DNA of 64,000 nt from Paraspadella gotoi (taxonomy: Eukaryota; Animalia; Chaetognatha), in assembly GCA_051294375.1 (NCBI GenBank), contig CM119268.1, positions 5,254,496 through 5,318,495 of the forward strand, given 5' to 3'. Made by a program: the position numbers and the translations under genes. Positions 1 to 14,481 of the stretch are shown one piece after another. The notes below the pieces were generated by a model. That model saw only the letters and a list, made by a program, of their open reading frames with translations, was not told the origin of the DNA and made no database searches. Every line of letters begins with the position of its first letter. Positions within the stretch are counted from its first letter, which is position 1.

Positions 1-180
1 TGAGAAAGATTAGGGGGAGCGAGTGATTACGTGAGGTTTGACGGAGCAGCGAACTTTCGGGGTCGTCGGCCGCCGTTTGAAGAAAAACCGAGCGAATCGC
101 GGGAGTTTTGTGTGCGGATTGCGTGCGAAAAAAAAGGGTTTTGCGTGTGACGACGGGGTTTTGCATGCATTGGATCCAAT

Positions 181-612
181 GAGGTAAGTTAGGGTGATAT
201 CAGGTCGGGTTAAGGAAAGGTCCGGTTAGCTTAGGTAAGGTCGGGTCCGGTCCGATGAGGTCAAATAGACCAAATACGTGAGATAAGGTCGGAACATGTC
301 ATTTTCGGTCAGGTCAGGTGAGGTCAGATCAGGTCCGTTTAGGTTCGGTCAAGTAAGGTCGGGTCAGGTCATGACAGGTAACATTAGGTCAGGTCTATTC
401 AAGTTAGGTCATTTTAGGTCAGGTCAAGTGAGGTCCGATAAGGTCGGTTTAGGTCAGGTAACGTCGGGTCAGGTCATGACAGGTTAGTTTAGGTCACGGC
501 AGGTCAGGTCATTTTAGGTAACGTTAGGTCCCATCTGTTTGGGTCAGGTCAGTTGAGATAATATTAGGTCAGGTCCAGTCAGGTCAGGTAAGATTAGGAC
601 TGGTGAGGTCAG
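181..612 (+). repeat. Degenerate pentanucleotide satellite (TCAGG/TTAGG-type)
   Basis: Runs such as tcaggtcaggtgaggtcagatcaggtccgtttaggttcggtc; explains the spurious GQVRS-repeat ORF 296-487. Confidence 0.85.
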
Positions 613-2147
613 GGCACTCGGGTCTTTTCTCATCCACGAGCGACAAAGAGGATTTTTCGAGACGAAAGAAGACGACGCTGAATCGAGAATTGTCCAACGA
701 CGATTGGCGCTAGAGAGCGTTCGTCAGGACACGCCCACCTCGGTGACCACCTTCGACGACCACAGTTCAATGTGGTCATCGTCTGGTCAAGAGGTTGAGA
801 ACGAAGACATCGTTTCGAGGGAGGACGTCAACTGGGCGACGACGTGACCACCTAGGCGGGAGGATGACGACGACGACGATGAGGACGACGAAACCGACGA
901 CGACGACGATGAATACGACGNNNNNNNNNNNNNNNNNNNNNNNNNNNNNNNNNNNNNNNNNNNNNNNNNNNNNNNNNNNNNNNNNNNNNNNNNNNNNNNN
1001 NNNNNNNNNNNNNNNNNNNNNNNNNNNNNNNNNNNNNNNNNNNNNNNNNNNNNNNNNNNNNNNNNNNNNNNNNNNNNNNNNNNNNNNNNNNNNNNNNNNN
1101 NNNNNNNNNNNNNNNNNNNNNNNNNNNNNNNNNNNNNNNNNNNNNNNNNNNNNNNNNNNNNNNNNNNNNNNNNNNNNNNNNNNNNNNNNNNNNNNNNNNN
1201 NNNNNNNNNNNNNNNNNNNNNNNNNNNNNNNNNNNNNNNNNNNNNNNNNNNNNNNNNNNNNNNNNNNNNNNNNNNNNNNNNNNNNNNNNNNNNNNNNNNN
1301 NNNNNNNNNNNNNNNNNNNNNNNNNNNNNNNNNNNNNNNNNNNNNNNNNNNNNNNNNNNNNNNNNNNNNNNNNNNAATCAAAACTGTCACCTTGCAGTGG
1401 TTTGCTATGTTGTCCTATTGCTAGAGAAATGGCTTTCCCATCAGCCTTTGCAAAGTGAGGAAGCAAGATAGGGCATTCATAGACATAGGCACCCAAGGCG
1501 GTTTACGGTCATCCTGGCTAGGTTTTAATCGGTCAACAGCCGATGACGATATTCTGTGAGCCACTTTCAACTTTAGATGCGACGTCTACAGGTGAACTTC
1601 TTTAAAACCCGCCACTTATTTTCGAGTGTGAATGATCGAAATTATATTGGGAAAAAATTGTGCCAGTGCTGATTAATTAAAATGAATAGTCCAGCTTGAT
1701 TGATTGGAGCAGAAAGGGCGAAAATGTATTTTGGTCCAAGTGTTAATCTTTCAGCCTTCGTCCCCGGAGGAAGCCATGGGGGACCGTGGAGGCTTGGTTT
1801 CCAGGGAGATGGCCGTCGTCGTTGTTGTCGTTGTTGTCGTTGTTCTTCCTNNNNNNNNNNNNNNNNNNNNNNNNNNNNNNNNNNNNNNNNNNNNNNNNNN
1901 NNNNNNNNNNNNNNNNNNNNNNNNNNNNNNNNNNNNNNNNNNNNNNNNNNNNNNNNNNNNNNNNNNNNNNNNNNNNNNNNNNNNNNNNNNNNNNNNNNNN
2001 NNNNNNNNNNNNNNNNNNNNNNNNNNNNNNNNNNNNNNNNNNNNNNNNNNNNNNNNNNNNNNNNNNNNNNNNNNNNNNNNNNNNNNNNNNNNNNNNNNAA
2101 GGAAGGAAAAGACCAAATACGATTCGATGATGCCAGGACTTTGGAAA

Positions 2148-2206
<59 letters not shown>

Positions 2207-2269
2207 AGATAATCGCGATTGAGACGACGACTCAACTATGTATGAAATTGGTAGAACCAAAATAAAATT

Positions 2270-2460
2270 ATCTATTCATTTAATAAATAAGCTATCTTGC
2301 CTCCTGACTTTGGACAGGCTTTAGTGGTTTAAACTTTAAAGCCTCCATTACTCTTACAAGATTATGAAATAGCAGGTCCCTGTAAGCTTTCAATCAAGTT
2401 TTCTCACAGTCTCGTTTATTCACTCCCAGAGTACCTGGCTTCCCTATCAATTTTATAAAG
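2270..2460 (+). mobile_element. Interspersed repeat family, copy 1 (class unknown)
   Basis: aataaataagctatcttgc...gactttggac...gcctccat...agcaggtccctgtaagcttt...ctcacagtctc matches by eye diverged copies at ~22145-22270 (+), ~44360-44445 (-) and ~49935-50060 (+). Confidence 0.6.
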
Positions 2461-2929
2461 GACCTATAGTCGGGCATAGCATAAGTATACCTTCTCCTTC
2501 AGCCGTGACCCGGTGGCTCATTGAGCAAAGCCATCTTCAGTCTACTGAGAGCCTTAAGTATGATGTGAGAGGAGAAAAAAACTATAAAAAATTAACGTAG
2601 TTATACTAATCGAAATTAAAATTCTAATTAATATGTTTCAAAGCTGTATTGAAACAGTTTAAAAAAATGTAAAAAAATATTAAAAAGAAGATGTACATAT
2701 ATTTTGTATTTTCTAACGCGTGTTTAAAAGAAAATACTTAAGTTCAGAAAAAATTTGAGTTAAATAATATGAACAATGATCATACAAACAAATCCAACCC
2801 GCAGTTGAAATTGACAAGCGATTTTTTTTTTCTTTCTTTCTCGCGCCAATCGTCTTCATCTCTCACACTCCCCCGCTCTCCCCCTCTCCGTCTTACCAGT
2901 TTATTCTTAGGAGGTGACCAATACGGCTG

Positions 2930-3058
<129 letters not shown>

Positions 3059-3114
3059 GACTTCTCGACGCCAGACGACGGAAATCCAGACTAAAAACAA
3101 AAGATGGAATCTGA

Positions 3115-3202
3115 TCACGTGACGATAAAAAAAAAGAAGAGGACGACTGATTTGGAAGGTCGAAGTCACGTGACCCGAAATCACATGACCCTAAGTCACG
3201 TG
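3115..3202. promoter_or_regulatory. Cluster of TCACGTGA-type E-boxes
   Basis: tcacgtgac at 3115, gtcacgtgac at 3165, tcacatgac at 3181, gtcacgtg at 3195; function inferred from motif only. Confidence 0.4.
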
Positions 3203-3492
3203 CTCCGAAGCGAGACGAAAAGAGCCAAAAGAGAGAGACCACCTTATCGCGAGCGGACGCGCCCCTTTCCTCTCTCTTCCTTTCTTTTCTTTTGTTCCAT
3301 CAATCAAGTATTTATCTCACTTTGGATTGTAACCTGGTATTGGCTGAATCGGGCGAGGAACTCGGAGAGCGAAAAGTTGCGGTGATTCTCACTTGTCGCC
3401 TTTGTCTCACTCTCTGTCTGGCTTTAACGACATTTGAAGGTTTAAAAATGACACAAGCAATATGAATTCCTAAATGTTAAATCTCTGCAATG

Positions 3493-3543
<51 letters not shown>

Positions 3544-4010
3544 CCGACGCAGTACACACATTGCACCACACAATTTCCATTTGAAATAAAAGGGGAAAAA
3601 AATCTCTTAATTAGCGAAGCGAGTCTTTGTCTTTTATCTTTTGTCTACGAGAAAATTGAAAAAAAAAAAAAACTCATATGAAAATTTATCAAGCGCTCTC
3701 CTCTCTCTCTCTTCTCTCTCCTTTCTCTCTCTCTCTCTTCTCTTCTCTCTTCTCTCTCTTCTCTCTCTCTCTCCTCTCTCTCTCTCCTCTTTCTAAATCC
3801 CTTTCCTTATAGTATAATCTCTATTTCCCTTCTTTTTTAATTACCATACTTTTCCCCTCAATGGAATTTCAAACATCTAACAATACAGTAAATTACAACA
3901 GTATAATCAAGAAAAACCAAAAAAGTTAGACATTAGTTATTAACTATTAACTAATAGTTAATACAAACTCAGCGAAATTACTACGACCCGCGAGACATCG
4001 ACGACGACAA

Positions 4011-4024
4011 AACAACAACAACAA

Positions 4025-4075
<51 letters not shown>

Positions 4076-4097
4076 ACAACAAACAAACAACAACAAC

Positions 4098-4128
<31 letters not shown>

Positions 4129-4129
4129 C
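4011..4129. repeat. (CAA)n microsatellite
   Basis: Direct reading of the sequence. Confidence 0.9.
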
Positions 4130-4741
4130 CAAGGATCGACACAAAACCCCATAAGTAAAGACTCCACCCACTGAAAGAAAAACAAAAGACGAACGATAAT
4201 TTGACCGCGAAAAGAAAACAAAAGAAAACAAAACAAACAATAAATCCACCCGCCCACCACAGCACCATTTTTAGGCCCTCTTTCCAACAATCCACCTCTC
4301 CCCCTTTCTCTCCCCCGCCCCCCGGCACCTCGGCCAATGCCCTCTCTCGTTAGGGACAACAAATCCATCGTCGTCGTCGTCGTCGTTCGTCGTCCAACGC
4401 AGGACAACTAATTAAATCGTTCCCATCCCTCGCTTTTGTTTTCGCCCGGAGAGGGAGGTTGGACTGGGGAGGATTTTCCATCGCGGGACACTGAATGGTC
4501 TCCTTGGAATCCTGCTCTGCTCTCTCTCTCGCTCTTCTCGCTCTCTCTCTCTCTCTCTCGCTCTTCTCTTGCTCTCTCTCTTCTCTATTTCTCTCCTCTC
4601 TTTTCCTTTCCTTCTTTTTAACTTTCTCTCCCTTATTTATTTATTTTATATATTAAACCAAAACATAAATGAAATTAGGCTAAACATAATAACTAAATCT
4701 TTAACTATTTTTTAACTCTTTTTCCTTTATTCACTCTTCAA

Positions 4742-4819
<78 letters not shown>

Positions 4820-5054
4820 GCTCTCTCTCTCCCTCAATCACCGAGTGTTTGACCCCTGACCTTAAAACGAGCACATCCCGCTCCATTGACCCTCAGTCTC
4901 ACCATGGAAATATCTCGCCTTGACCCCCAAAATTGACCCAAAGAAAAAAAAACTGCCCATTTTCTCATTTCCCCCTTCAGAGGGGTAAGGATTTGTTGAG
5001 GTTTTTCTCCTGACCAAAACTGCCTCTCTCTCTCTCTGCTCTCTCTCTCTCTCT

Positions 5055-5100
<46 letters not shown>

Positions 5101-7557
5101 TCTCGCTTCCCCTATAACTTTCTCAGGACACCATGGTGGATTCGACAGTGGGAAGGAGAAGTGTCCGATTGTCTGACGAGATAATGGCGAGAGAGGAAGG
5201 AGAGAGACGAGAGAGAGGAGACGAGAGAGGAGAGCAGAGAGAGGATTGCAGGAAGAGAGAGAGAATTTGACAACCAGAAAAAAATATCCTCCTCGTATTA
5301 AGGGGAGGAAAGGGGGGGAGAGAGAGGAAGGGATTTATCTTTTTCTCGGGGTGGTAAAGATTTTTGGAACTCTAGACAAAATCGGGGGCGGATCAGGGTA
5401 AACGTAGATGGTAGAATGTAGAATGCAGAAGATATAATGTAGAATCACTGAGTCAGAAGATAGAAGTTTAAGGTAGAAGATAGAATTTAAGAGCTAAAAT
5501 GTAAAAAGTAAAATGTAGAATGAAGAATGCAAAAGGTCAAGTAGAAAATAGAATCTTCACGATAGAATGCAAAATGGAGGAGAAAGAATGTAAAAGATAT
5601 CTTACTTTTTACTTGAGACAAAATATTAGTGTTTGTGTCTATTGAAACCACCTTTTTGGCAAAGAAAAAAAAATAAGTGAAGCTCGGAGAAGTTAAGTCA
5701 CTATAAAATTGGTGAAACTCTTTCAAGTTTTAAAAAAAGTTGATAAAATTAATTGATCACGTGATTTTAAAAGCGGGAAAGGTAAGTGGAGAAAGGTGAG
5801 TCTTCCAAGAGAGAAGAGAAGAGATTCCATTGCTGATGTCTTAAAGTTCGCGGGTCACGACTCGGGACTCAGGATTATGGGCGAGAAGGGGGGGGGAGAT
5901 TATAAGTAAGGGATTAGGAAGAGGAGGAGGAGGAGGAGGAGGCGGACATTTGGCGGGATATGAGTAAATACGATAAGTAAGGCCTTGCTTGGGATGATTG
6001 ATCAGTCAATCAAGAAAAAAGAAAAAGAAAAAAATTCAATCAGTCATTCAATTAACCAAGAAAAAAAAAGAAAATAAATAAATCAGTCCCTTTGTCAATC
6101 AATCATTCAATCAAACCAATCATTCAAGAAAAATATTAAATAGAAATAATTAAAATAACATTCAATGAAACAAATCAATAACGTTGTTTTTTGTTGTTGT
6201 TGTTGTTTTTTTGACTATTTTTCAGTTTTCTTATTTTTTATTTTTATTTTTATTTTTATCTTGTTTTCTTCTTCCCCTCCTTTTGTTACGTTAGATCCCC
6301 TTTTGTTTTCTCATTTTTCATAAAAAAAAACTTAAGAGACACGCTCCGCCTGACGTTTACAAGGAGAGACTCGATAGGAAAATTTATTCCTCGTAATTTT
6401 CCGGCCACCCCCGACTCTTTCTCTCTCTCTGTCTCTCTCTCTCTCTCTCCTCCGTAACTCGTCTGCTCATTCTCACGTCTGTCTCTCTCTCTCTCTGACG
6501 CCAAGTTTTCCTTAATGTTAGAGACCGCCTCAGTTATATGCCTTCCGCCCTCCTTCTCTCTCACTTGCGGCGGGTCGGAAGGGCCATTAATTCTCTCTCT
6601 CCTCTCTCTCTACTCTCTCTCTCTCTCGTCTCCTCTCGGTGCGTCTGCTCTCTCTCTCTCTTCTCTCTCTCTCTCATCTCTCTCTCTCTTCTCTCTCTAA
6701 TAACAAGTAAATAAATATCATGCCTCCCACGATGAAAGGGGGGGGACGAACGTGCGCGTAAAAAGGGAACGAATGAAAGTAACGAAAGGAACGAATGAAC
6801 GTAGCGAAGGAGCGAAATCAAGGTCAACCAATTCAGTCTAACTAAACCAACCAATCAACAAACGAACGTTCTAATTTGTCTTATACAGGTCATCTCATTC
6901 ATCATCAATCATGCATCATCATATCATTCATCATTATCCAATCACATTCATCATTCATCATCATCATGCATGTCGTACATCGTCTTTTCAGTCCTTGGAC
7001 TTAGTCTGTCTTCCTCTTATCGCGTCGCTGCGGTATAGCAAATCCTTCAAAGAAAATGTTTCTTAGAAGTTGAGTTTTTTGAGAGTAGAGAAGACGAGAG
7101 GAGAGAGAGAGAGAAGAGAGAGGAGAAGAGTAAGAGAGAGTAGAATGAGAGAGAGAGACGAGAGATTAGAGAGGAGAGAAGGAGAGGAGAGAAAAGAATG
7201 TGAAATCTTGAAAGCCAAAGCAAGCGGATAACCTTTTGAAGCTTTACTATAACTCTTTTCTCTCTCTCTCTCTCTCTCTTCTTCTCTCTTTCTTCTCTCT
7301 TCTCTCTTCTCTCTCTCTTCTCTCTTCTCTCTCGTCTCTCTCTCTCTCAGCCATTGTTTTGCCGTTTTAATGCTCTTTAGGCTTCAAAAAACGGCGAAGA
7401 AGAAAAAGTTCGCATGCCGCTAAAAAAGTTTTCGTCGTGAAAATTCGAATCTAAAAATTAGAATTCCGATTCCCCACAATCGAAAAGAGAAAGAAATAAA
7501 TGTCTCCGCTAGTTTTGCGGTTGTACGTAATGTGAGTCCAAGGAAGAGAGAGAAGAC

Positions 7558-7599
<42 letters not shown>

Positions 7600-9399
7600 A
7601 GAGAAGAGAGTAGAGTAGAGAGAGGGGGGGGAAGAGTAAGAGAGAGAGATATTATTAAAAAGTGCCGCGCGCTCGAGTTGAAAAAAAGACGGACTGGCTT
7701 TAGAAGGAAGTATATTCTATAACGAGTTTAATTAATGATTAATAATTGAATGTTTGACTCTCGATGGTTATTTCGTACAAGAAGTAAAAAACAAATACAT
7801 CTATAGGTAAATAATCAAAATAATGATTAAATAATAGTAATAAATAATGAGAGAGAAAAAAATGGAAAATGCTTAGGAATTGTAATGACCCCGCGTTTTT
7901 TATCAGCGAGTGATGAGATATGATTGATCATAATGATCATTGATCATTTATCATTGATTAATTTTTCTGCCGTCATCGTCGTCGTTGTCGTCGTCGTTGT
8001 CTTCGGCTTATTTGATGCGGATATTTTTGGAACGATCCTAGGTTTTCGTCATCGTCATCGTCATCGTCGTCGTCGTCTTCATCGTCGCTACCCTCGTAAT
8101 TTCTTCTTCAAAAAATTCAGACGTACATAGACGTACATAGATGAAATTTTAATATAAAATTTAAGCAAAAATAGTTTTTAATGTCAACAACGACTTTTAT
8201 TTAAATTCGTACATGTTTCGGCATTAATTCAAGCCTTTTTCAGCGCATTAAACAGATCACCAAAAACAACGAAAAGAAAGATAAAACACAATATAAAATT
8301 TTAAAGTCTAATATAGTAAAGCAAGTAATCTTGCAATTTTTTGTAGAAGATTATCAAAAAAATATATTTATTCCGACTATCAGAAACTCTGACACCGCAG
8401 TCCTATTTTATAAACGTTAAAAAAATATTTTCTATTGTAATAACACCATTTACTAGAGAGCCTTTTCTTACACTAAAATTGATAAATTAATTTATTTTTT
8501 TACAACATTTTAATGACAATGATATTGTGGTATATTTTTGAAAACAAATCTAACTTTTTCTTAATGACAATGATAATAATTTCGATGATGAAAACGATGA
8601 CGACGATGTTGACGACAACGACGACGACGACGATGATGATGACGACTATGACAACGACAAAGATGATGATGATAACGACGATGAAAACGACGACGACAAT
8701 GACAATGATAACGACGATGACACCGGCCACGACGATCCCCGAGATCCATTTCCGGTTTCAGGGTAAAAATTGAAACCGACTCCTCTGTACCTTTTCCTCC
8801 TCTTCCTCCTATGCTTGGTTTTAGCCATAATCGTCCTCTTCTCTTTACAGATTCTTTCAGGGTAAGAATTCTGGGCTTCACGAATCGGAAGCCATGGGGT
8901 CAGGTTTGGGGGGGCGGGGGGCTGACGGGTGGGGGGGAAAGCTGAAGGTGGGAAAAGGAAGAAGGAAATTGATAAGGAGAATTAGGGTGAGAAAGAAAAA
9001 AGAAAAAAAGAAAGAAAGAAAGAAAGATAAATAAAGAGAAGAAAAATGAATGAAAATGGAGAAAAATGAAATAGTTCAGGCAGACAAATAGACAGACAGA
9101 CAAACAGTCAGACAGTCAGACAGACAGACAGACAGTCAGACAGACAGTCAGACAGAAAAATAGGATCAAAGTCCCGCATGAATCCCCATTTTTACTTCTT
9201 CATTTTTTCTTCAGTGAATCGATCTTTTGTTTCTGATCATCGCCGTTCATGGTATTAGCCAGACAGACGGACAGACGGACGAAAAGATGAGTTAACAATG
9301 AGACGGAAAAGTCAGTCTTGAAATATGAAACAAATCATATTGACTGTAATTCGAAAGGGAAAGAGAAAGAGAGAGAGAAGAGAGAGAGAGACGAGAGAG

Positions 9400-9431
<32 letters not shown>

Positions 9432-9622
9432 AAGAGAGAGCAGAGAGAGAAGTGAAGAAAGAGAGGATAAAGGAGTGAGAGAGCGAAAAGGAGGGAGCGA
9501 GGCTCACGGAGCTTAAATCTCCTCTGAATCCTTTGATTGGTTGACTTTAAAAGGGTTTTTTTTAATCTCCTGGGAAGTAGAGAACGAGAGGGGAGAGAGA
9601 GAGAAGACGGAGAAGAGAGAGA

Positions 9623-9656
<34 letters not shown>

Positions 9657-9660
9657 TACA

Positions 9661-12600
9661 TACATAACTTCAAAACTCAAGCCTTAAAACCAAGAACGCA
9701 ATTCCAACACGAACGAAAAATGAATAATTCGACGTTGCGACTCATTTTCTCCACCATTAACCAAAGAAGGGTTGAAAATGCAGTATCAAATACAGTAGCA
9801 CTCTTATCTTCTGTTTCTTCTCTCTCTCTCTCTTATTTCGTGGCTCGCATGTCGCTCCTTTTCTCTGATTGTCGCATCGACATCGGTCTCTGATTAGTCG
9901 CTTAGATCGATGTCTGACGTTGGTCGCTCTGCTTTGATATCTGATTGGTTCCGAGTTGCCTCCGCATGATGACATCTCAGCGCCGAACGATGAAGACGAG
10001 AAGAGAACGATGCCTCTCTCTCTCTCTCTCTCTCTCGATCCTATCTCTCTCTCTCCTCTCTCTCTGCTCTCTCCGCTAAGCTCGGCGATGATTTACGAAG
10101 CAGAGAAATGAAAATCGTAACGCGGAAAAAGAGTAAAGGGAGGAAGAGGAAGAGAAGGAATTTCTGGTTTTTCCGCCTTTCGCGAACGACAGACGACGAC
10201 GAATGACGACGACGACGACGATCGACGACGACGACGACGAAGATTAACTTGGCCAACAATTTCTTCGCAAGGCCGTCGTCGTCGTCCATCCGTCGTCATT
10301 TCAGGACTTCGACAAAAAACTGACCACTCTGAATTCTGGCGACATTTTTCCCCAAACGGCCGTTCTCTGTCTCTCTCTCTCGTCTCATTTCTATCATACT
10401 CTCTATCGCTCTGTCCTCTGTCTGCTGGACTCGTCATTAAAAAACGGCGTTTTTCAATAAAAAAAATATAATTCGGCATTTAATTTGGAAAAAAATCTGG
10501 ATTTTATTTCTATGGATTTAAGATTATGGTTTTTGACTCGAAATGCAATCGAGGCGCTTAAAGGAAAACAAATCAACAAAATCTGTCTCGCTCTCTATCT
10601 CGCTTCTATGCCTTTCGGAATCACGTCGAGTAACATCTCGTTTGGTGAAACATAATCGAAATTACGATTATTAATCATAAAAAAAATTTTAACAAACTAA
10701 ACTTGAAAAAAAACTTGAAAAACTACCCGACAGACAAAAACGAAGTTGGATTCTGAAACTTACTTATTCGTCGCGGCAAAAGTAGTGAAGAAAAGAATAA
10801 ATCGCTCACTAAAAAAAAAAGGGCGAAAAAACAGTGTGTTGCGTTCAGAAATCGAATCAAAGAGCGGTGTCTCTGTCTCTCTTTCTATTTCTTCATCTGT
10901 CTCTACATCTATCTCTCTCTTCTCGTCTCTTTCTCTCTTCGCTTCTCTTCGTCTTCTTCTTACTACGAATGTCCTCAGGTCTAGTCAGGAGTCGGATCAG
11001 AGTCTCAGGTACAGGTAGGGTCAGTCATGCAGAGTCGCATCAGACATCGCTCGGTCCTCACATTTTTGTTCGAAGAAAAGAAAAATTTAAGAAAATACTA
11101 AAAAAAATTTTAGAGTCTAATAAAATGATGAATCGCGATAGCGAAAATTCATTTATTGTTATTCTGACACCTATACCTTTCTTTCTCGTTTCTACAATGA
11201 TCTTAAACCTATTCTTTACTTTTATATGATACTTTTTCCTTTACTTTCTTATTCTCTTGTTCATATTCGCTCGTTTCTCAACTATTTTTTTCATTTCTTT
11301 TTTTTTCACTATTGCGTTGAGAAGAACTAGAAAGAGAGGACTCAAACGTGTTTGATTTTTGGCAGACTAAAATATTATTTTTTGATTTCTAGAATTGTTG
11401 TTCTTTTCTTCAGACGGATGAGAGAGGAGAGAGAAGAAGATGAGAGAGGATGAGAAGAGATGGAGAAGAGACGACAGAAAAGGAGAAAGAGGAGAAGAAT
11501 AGAAAGAGAGGAAGAGAGAGGAGAGAGAGAGATGAAGGAGAAGAGTGAGGAGAAAGAGAATAGAGATTGTAGTATTATGACGAGTGTCTGAGTTTATCAC
11601 TCGGTATAGAGTTTATTTTTTTCGGTATATCTCTCACACGCGTTTATCTAACAGCAACAGCACTAACTCTCACCGCTCTCCTGTGATTTCTGTTAAACTC
11701 TATCACCACACACTATTAACGGAAACATTCTATTTTTCAATAGAGTTTCCCGTATTTTATAACAATGTTTATATACACTACTTTAGCTCGACTCTGTATG
11801 GTGATGTAACTGACGAATAAGTAATGTTAGTCAAATAGAGTATATCCAACTAAATACAGATTAATTTTCTTTCCCCCGCCGCTGCAGCCGCTCCTCCGAC
11901 CTTCCTACGTTTTTCGTGCGGGTTTAGTTTTTTTCAATGGTATTTACTCGTCAAACGCCCCTCCGCCCCTGCCGTCTCGAGCACCGCTGAGCCGCCGTTT
12001 AAAATTTTTTTAATGATTAATCAACCTCGTACATTCCGATGCTACTGCTATGCCCAGGCCGCGCCCGCCGTCAAGCCGCGTGATTTAATTTCTTCTCGCA
12101 CCGTAACTACGCGTCCTCGTTCTACTCCCTTGCCACGTACCGATTCCGTCGAAAACGGATAGAGTCGGATGCTCCACCTAGAGGCGAGCGAGGCCTCATG
12201 CTTGTTGATCATTGTTCTTCACTTTAAGCGCCTCGATACCTGCCTCCTCACTCTTCCCTTCACTCTCATTCATAACTCTCTCTCGACTCTTTTTCATACA
12301 CACTCATCACTCTAACCCACCTTCCCTCACCTCATCTCCCCCTAACCATTCCATACCTCATCGATCGACTCTTCTCGTTCCTCCGCAAATCTCGGCCGCC
12401 GCCAGCGCACGCCGACTTCGGCCGCCCTTAATCCTCTCTCCTTCTTTCCTCCTCCTTCTCGCCTTGGATCCGATCAGACTGGCGCGCGCAGCCTTACGCC
12501 AGTATTATATTCAGCCTTCCTTATACCTATTACAACAGCCTTACCCTTGTCCTACGGGAGCGGACCGGCGCCACGCATCTGGCGCTCGCCTGCGACCCTA

Positions 12601-13850
12601 CGACTGGAAATCATCTTTATCACTTCATCAGTCATCTGCGTGCAAGCAGCGCCCGCACGCCGCCTGTCAGGCGCCTAGCCTTCACTTCATCGCAAAAATT
12701 CAGCAATGGAGATCGGCGCTGTACTCTCTATTCATCCGGCGATATCCGGCCGCCGGCCGTATTCTCACCCCACGTCACTCCGGGCACCATGTTGCCTATT
12801 TGCAGGCGGCCGGTGAAGAGGCCCGTCGCGCTTAATCGGGCATCATTCAAATCGGGTCACACTTAGGGGCCATGGCGGCTCATAATATCTCGTCACCGCA
12901 CAATGAGAGCATGCCATGCCGATAGCGACGACTCGCACTGTACCAACAGGCCAGAGTAAAAGGCCTTTCAGCGGTTGTTAATTTATATGAGAGTAATTGG
13001 GGTTTTATTAGTTAACGAACTGATGTAAAGCAAATGAGAGAGAGATGAACCCACTGCCATATCACACGCGCGTTAGGGAAAATATTGTACAGCAGCGAGT
13101 CCAATTGTAACATGATGCAGGATGTTTTATTGGTCACAAATATCCTCTAAGTGGCTATCTAGATAAATACAGAGCGTATAGTCACGGCCATGTAGAGTAT
13201 CGACACGTACAGAGTAGTAGGACCTGTAACGACAGTTTCTTCCCCTGCGAGAGACGATTATATAGTTGAAAATGTTTCTCCATTAATTGTAATACATCAT
13301 ATTTTCTGTCCCGCACGTTTACACAGCGTTCTCTCTCGTTGTCACGATCGTCCGAATACGAGAGTATCAGATCATCCGTTCGATGCCAGAGTCCGTCCTC
13401 CAGAGCATAAAAGTAATGTAGCAAGGAGAAATTAAACTTAATAAGAAAACAATGATTCCTGTACCATACTGCAAACCTGCACTGGTTCGCTCTGGATCAG
13501 CTCTTGTACATCTCTGTTCACCGTATTTCAAACCTCACCGATTTGTCTGCTGCTTCTCTCGTATGAACAATGTCATCCGCGCCTCTCCGCGCAAACTTGT
13601 TTTCGCCCCTTTCAGTCCCAATGTCAAGTTTTCTTTTTGTCTCTCCTCTCTCGCTCTCCCTTTGTTTTAGCACCCTTAAGCTTGTTCATTCCCATCGAGG
13701 GACGAAGTGAATAGGGGAGAGAGAGAGAGAGAGAGATGGAGTAGAGAGGAGAGGAATGAGAAGAGATGAGAGAGAGAGGAGGGATGATCCTGCACGAGAG
13801 ATCACTCTACGTGAGCCCTTCTTGAAAATTGCTGCGCGGAGGCAAAACAT
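9661..13850 (+). other. Indel-rich duplicate of 14291-~17460 (Otx promoter region and first coding exon); probable assembly artefact
   Basis: Collinear match, e.g. atggagatcggcgctgtactctcta (~12705) vs ctggagatggcgctgtactctta (~16664), with dense single-base indels and scrambled patches. Confidence 0.8.
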
Positions 13851-13959
13851 AGAGAGATTGGTACCGTTCATGCATTCAGAGGGGGCAACCTCTGTGGTAC
13901 TCACAATTTCAGCACTAATCATAAGCTAGGACGACCAAAATCCGGACTCGGGCACAAGG

Positions 13960-14265
13960 CGGACCATCCCAATTGAGTCGGACTGTCTCCGGAGCGACCA
14001 ATCAGAGAGGAGCGAGCGAGCAGTCTAGAGAGCGAGAGAAGACAGAAAGATAAGAGTTGCTACTGTATTGAATTAACTCTCTGGCATTTTCAACCCCTTC
14101 TTTGGTTACACTGGGAGGAAATGAGTCGCCAACGTCATTATCTATTTTTTCGTTGTGGTGGGAATTGTTCTTGTTTTTAAAGCTGAGGTAATGAAGTTAT
14201 GTATGTTATCCTCTTCTCTCTCCTCTCTTCTTCCTCTCTCACACACTCCTCTCTTCTCTTCCCTC
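13960..14265 (-). other. Inverted noisy copy of ~9600-9900 (equivalent to 14291-14500) ending at an N-gap
   Basis: gcattttcaaccccttctttggtta is the reverse complement of taaccaaagaagggttgaaaatgc; fold-back next to a gap. Confidence 0.7.
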
Positions 14266-14481
14266 NNNNNNNNNNNNNNNNNNNNNNNNNTACATAACTT
14301 CATACCTCAGCCTTAAAAACAAGAACCAATTCCACACAACGAAAAATGATAATTCGACGTTGCGACTCATTTTCTCCCCATTAACCAAAGAAGGGTTGAA
14401 AATGCAGTAATTCAATACAGTAGCACTCTTATCTTTCTGTTTCTCTCTCTCTCTCTTTCTGGCTCGCTTCGCTCCTTTTCT

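Noticed and set aside
613-847. ~78-codon open stretch (…IHERQRGFFETKEDDAESRIVQRRLALES…WATT*) as the last exon of an upstream gene
   Set aside because: No recognisable homology and no pyrimidine-rich acceptor; cannot be supported from this window.
5870-5920. Otx autoregulatory GGATTA sites (also scattered in intron 1)
   Set aside because: A 6-mer is expected by chance many times in 64 kb; enrichment could not be shown by eye.
12212-12960. Otx paralogue or pseudogene
   Set aside because: It lies in an indel-dominated duplicate that includes non-coding flanks; read noise explains it better.
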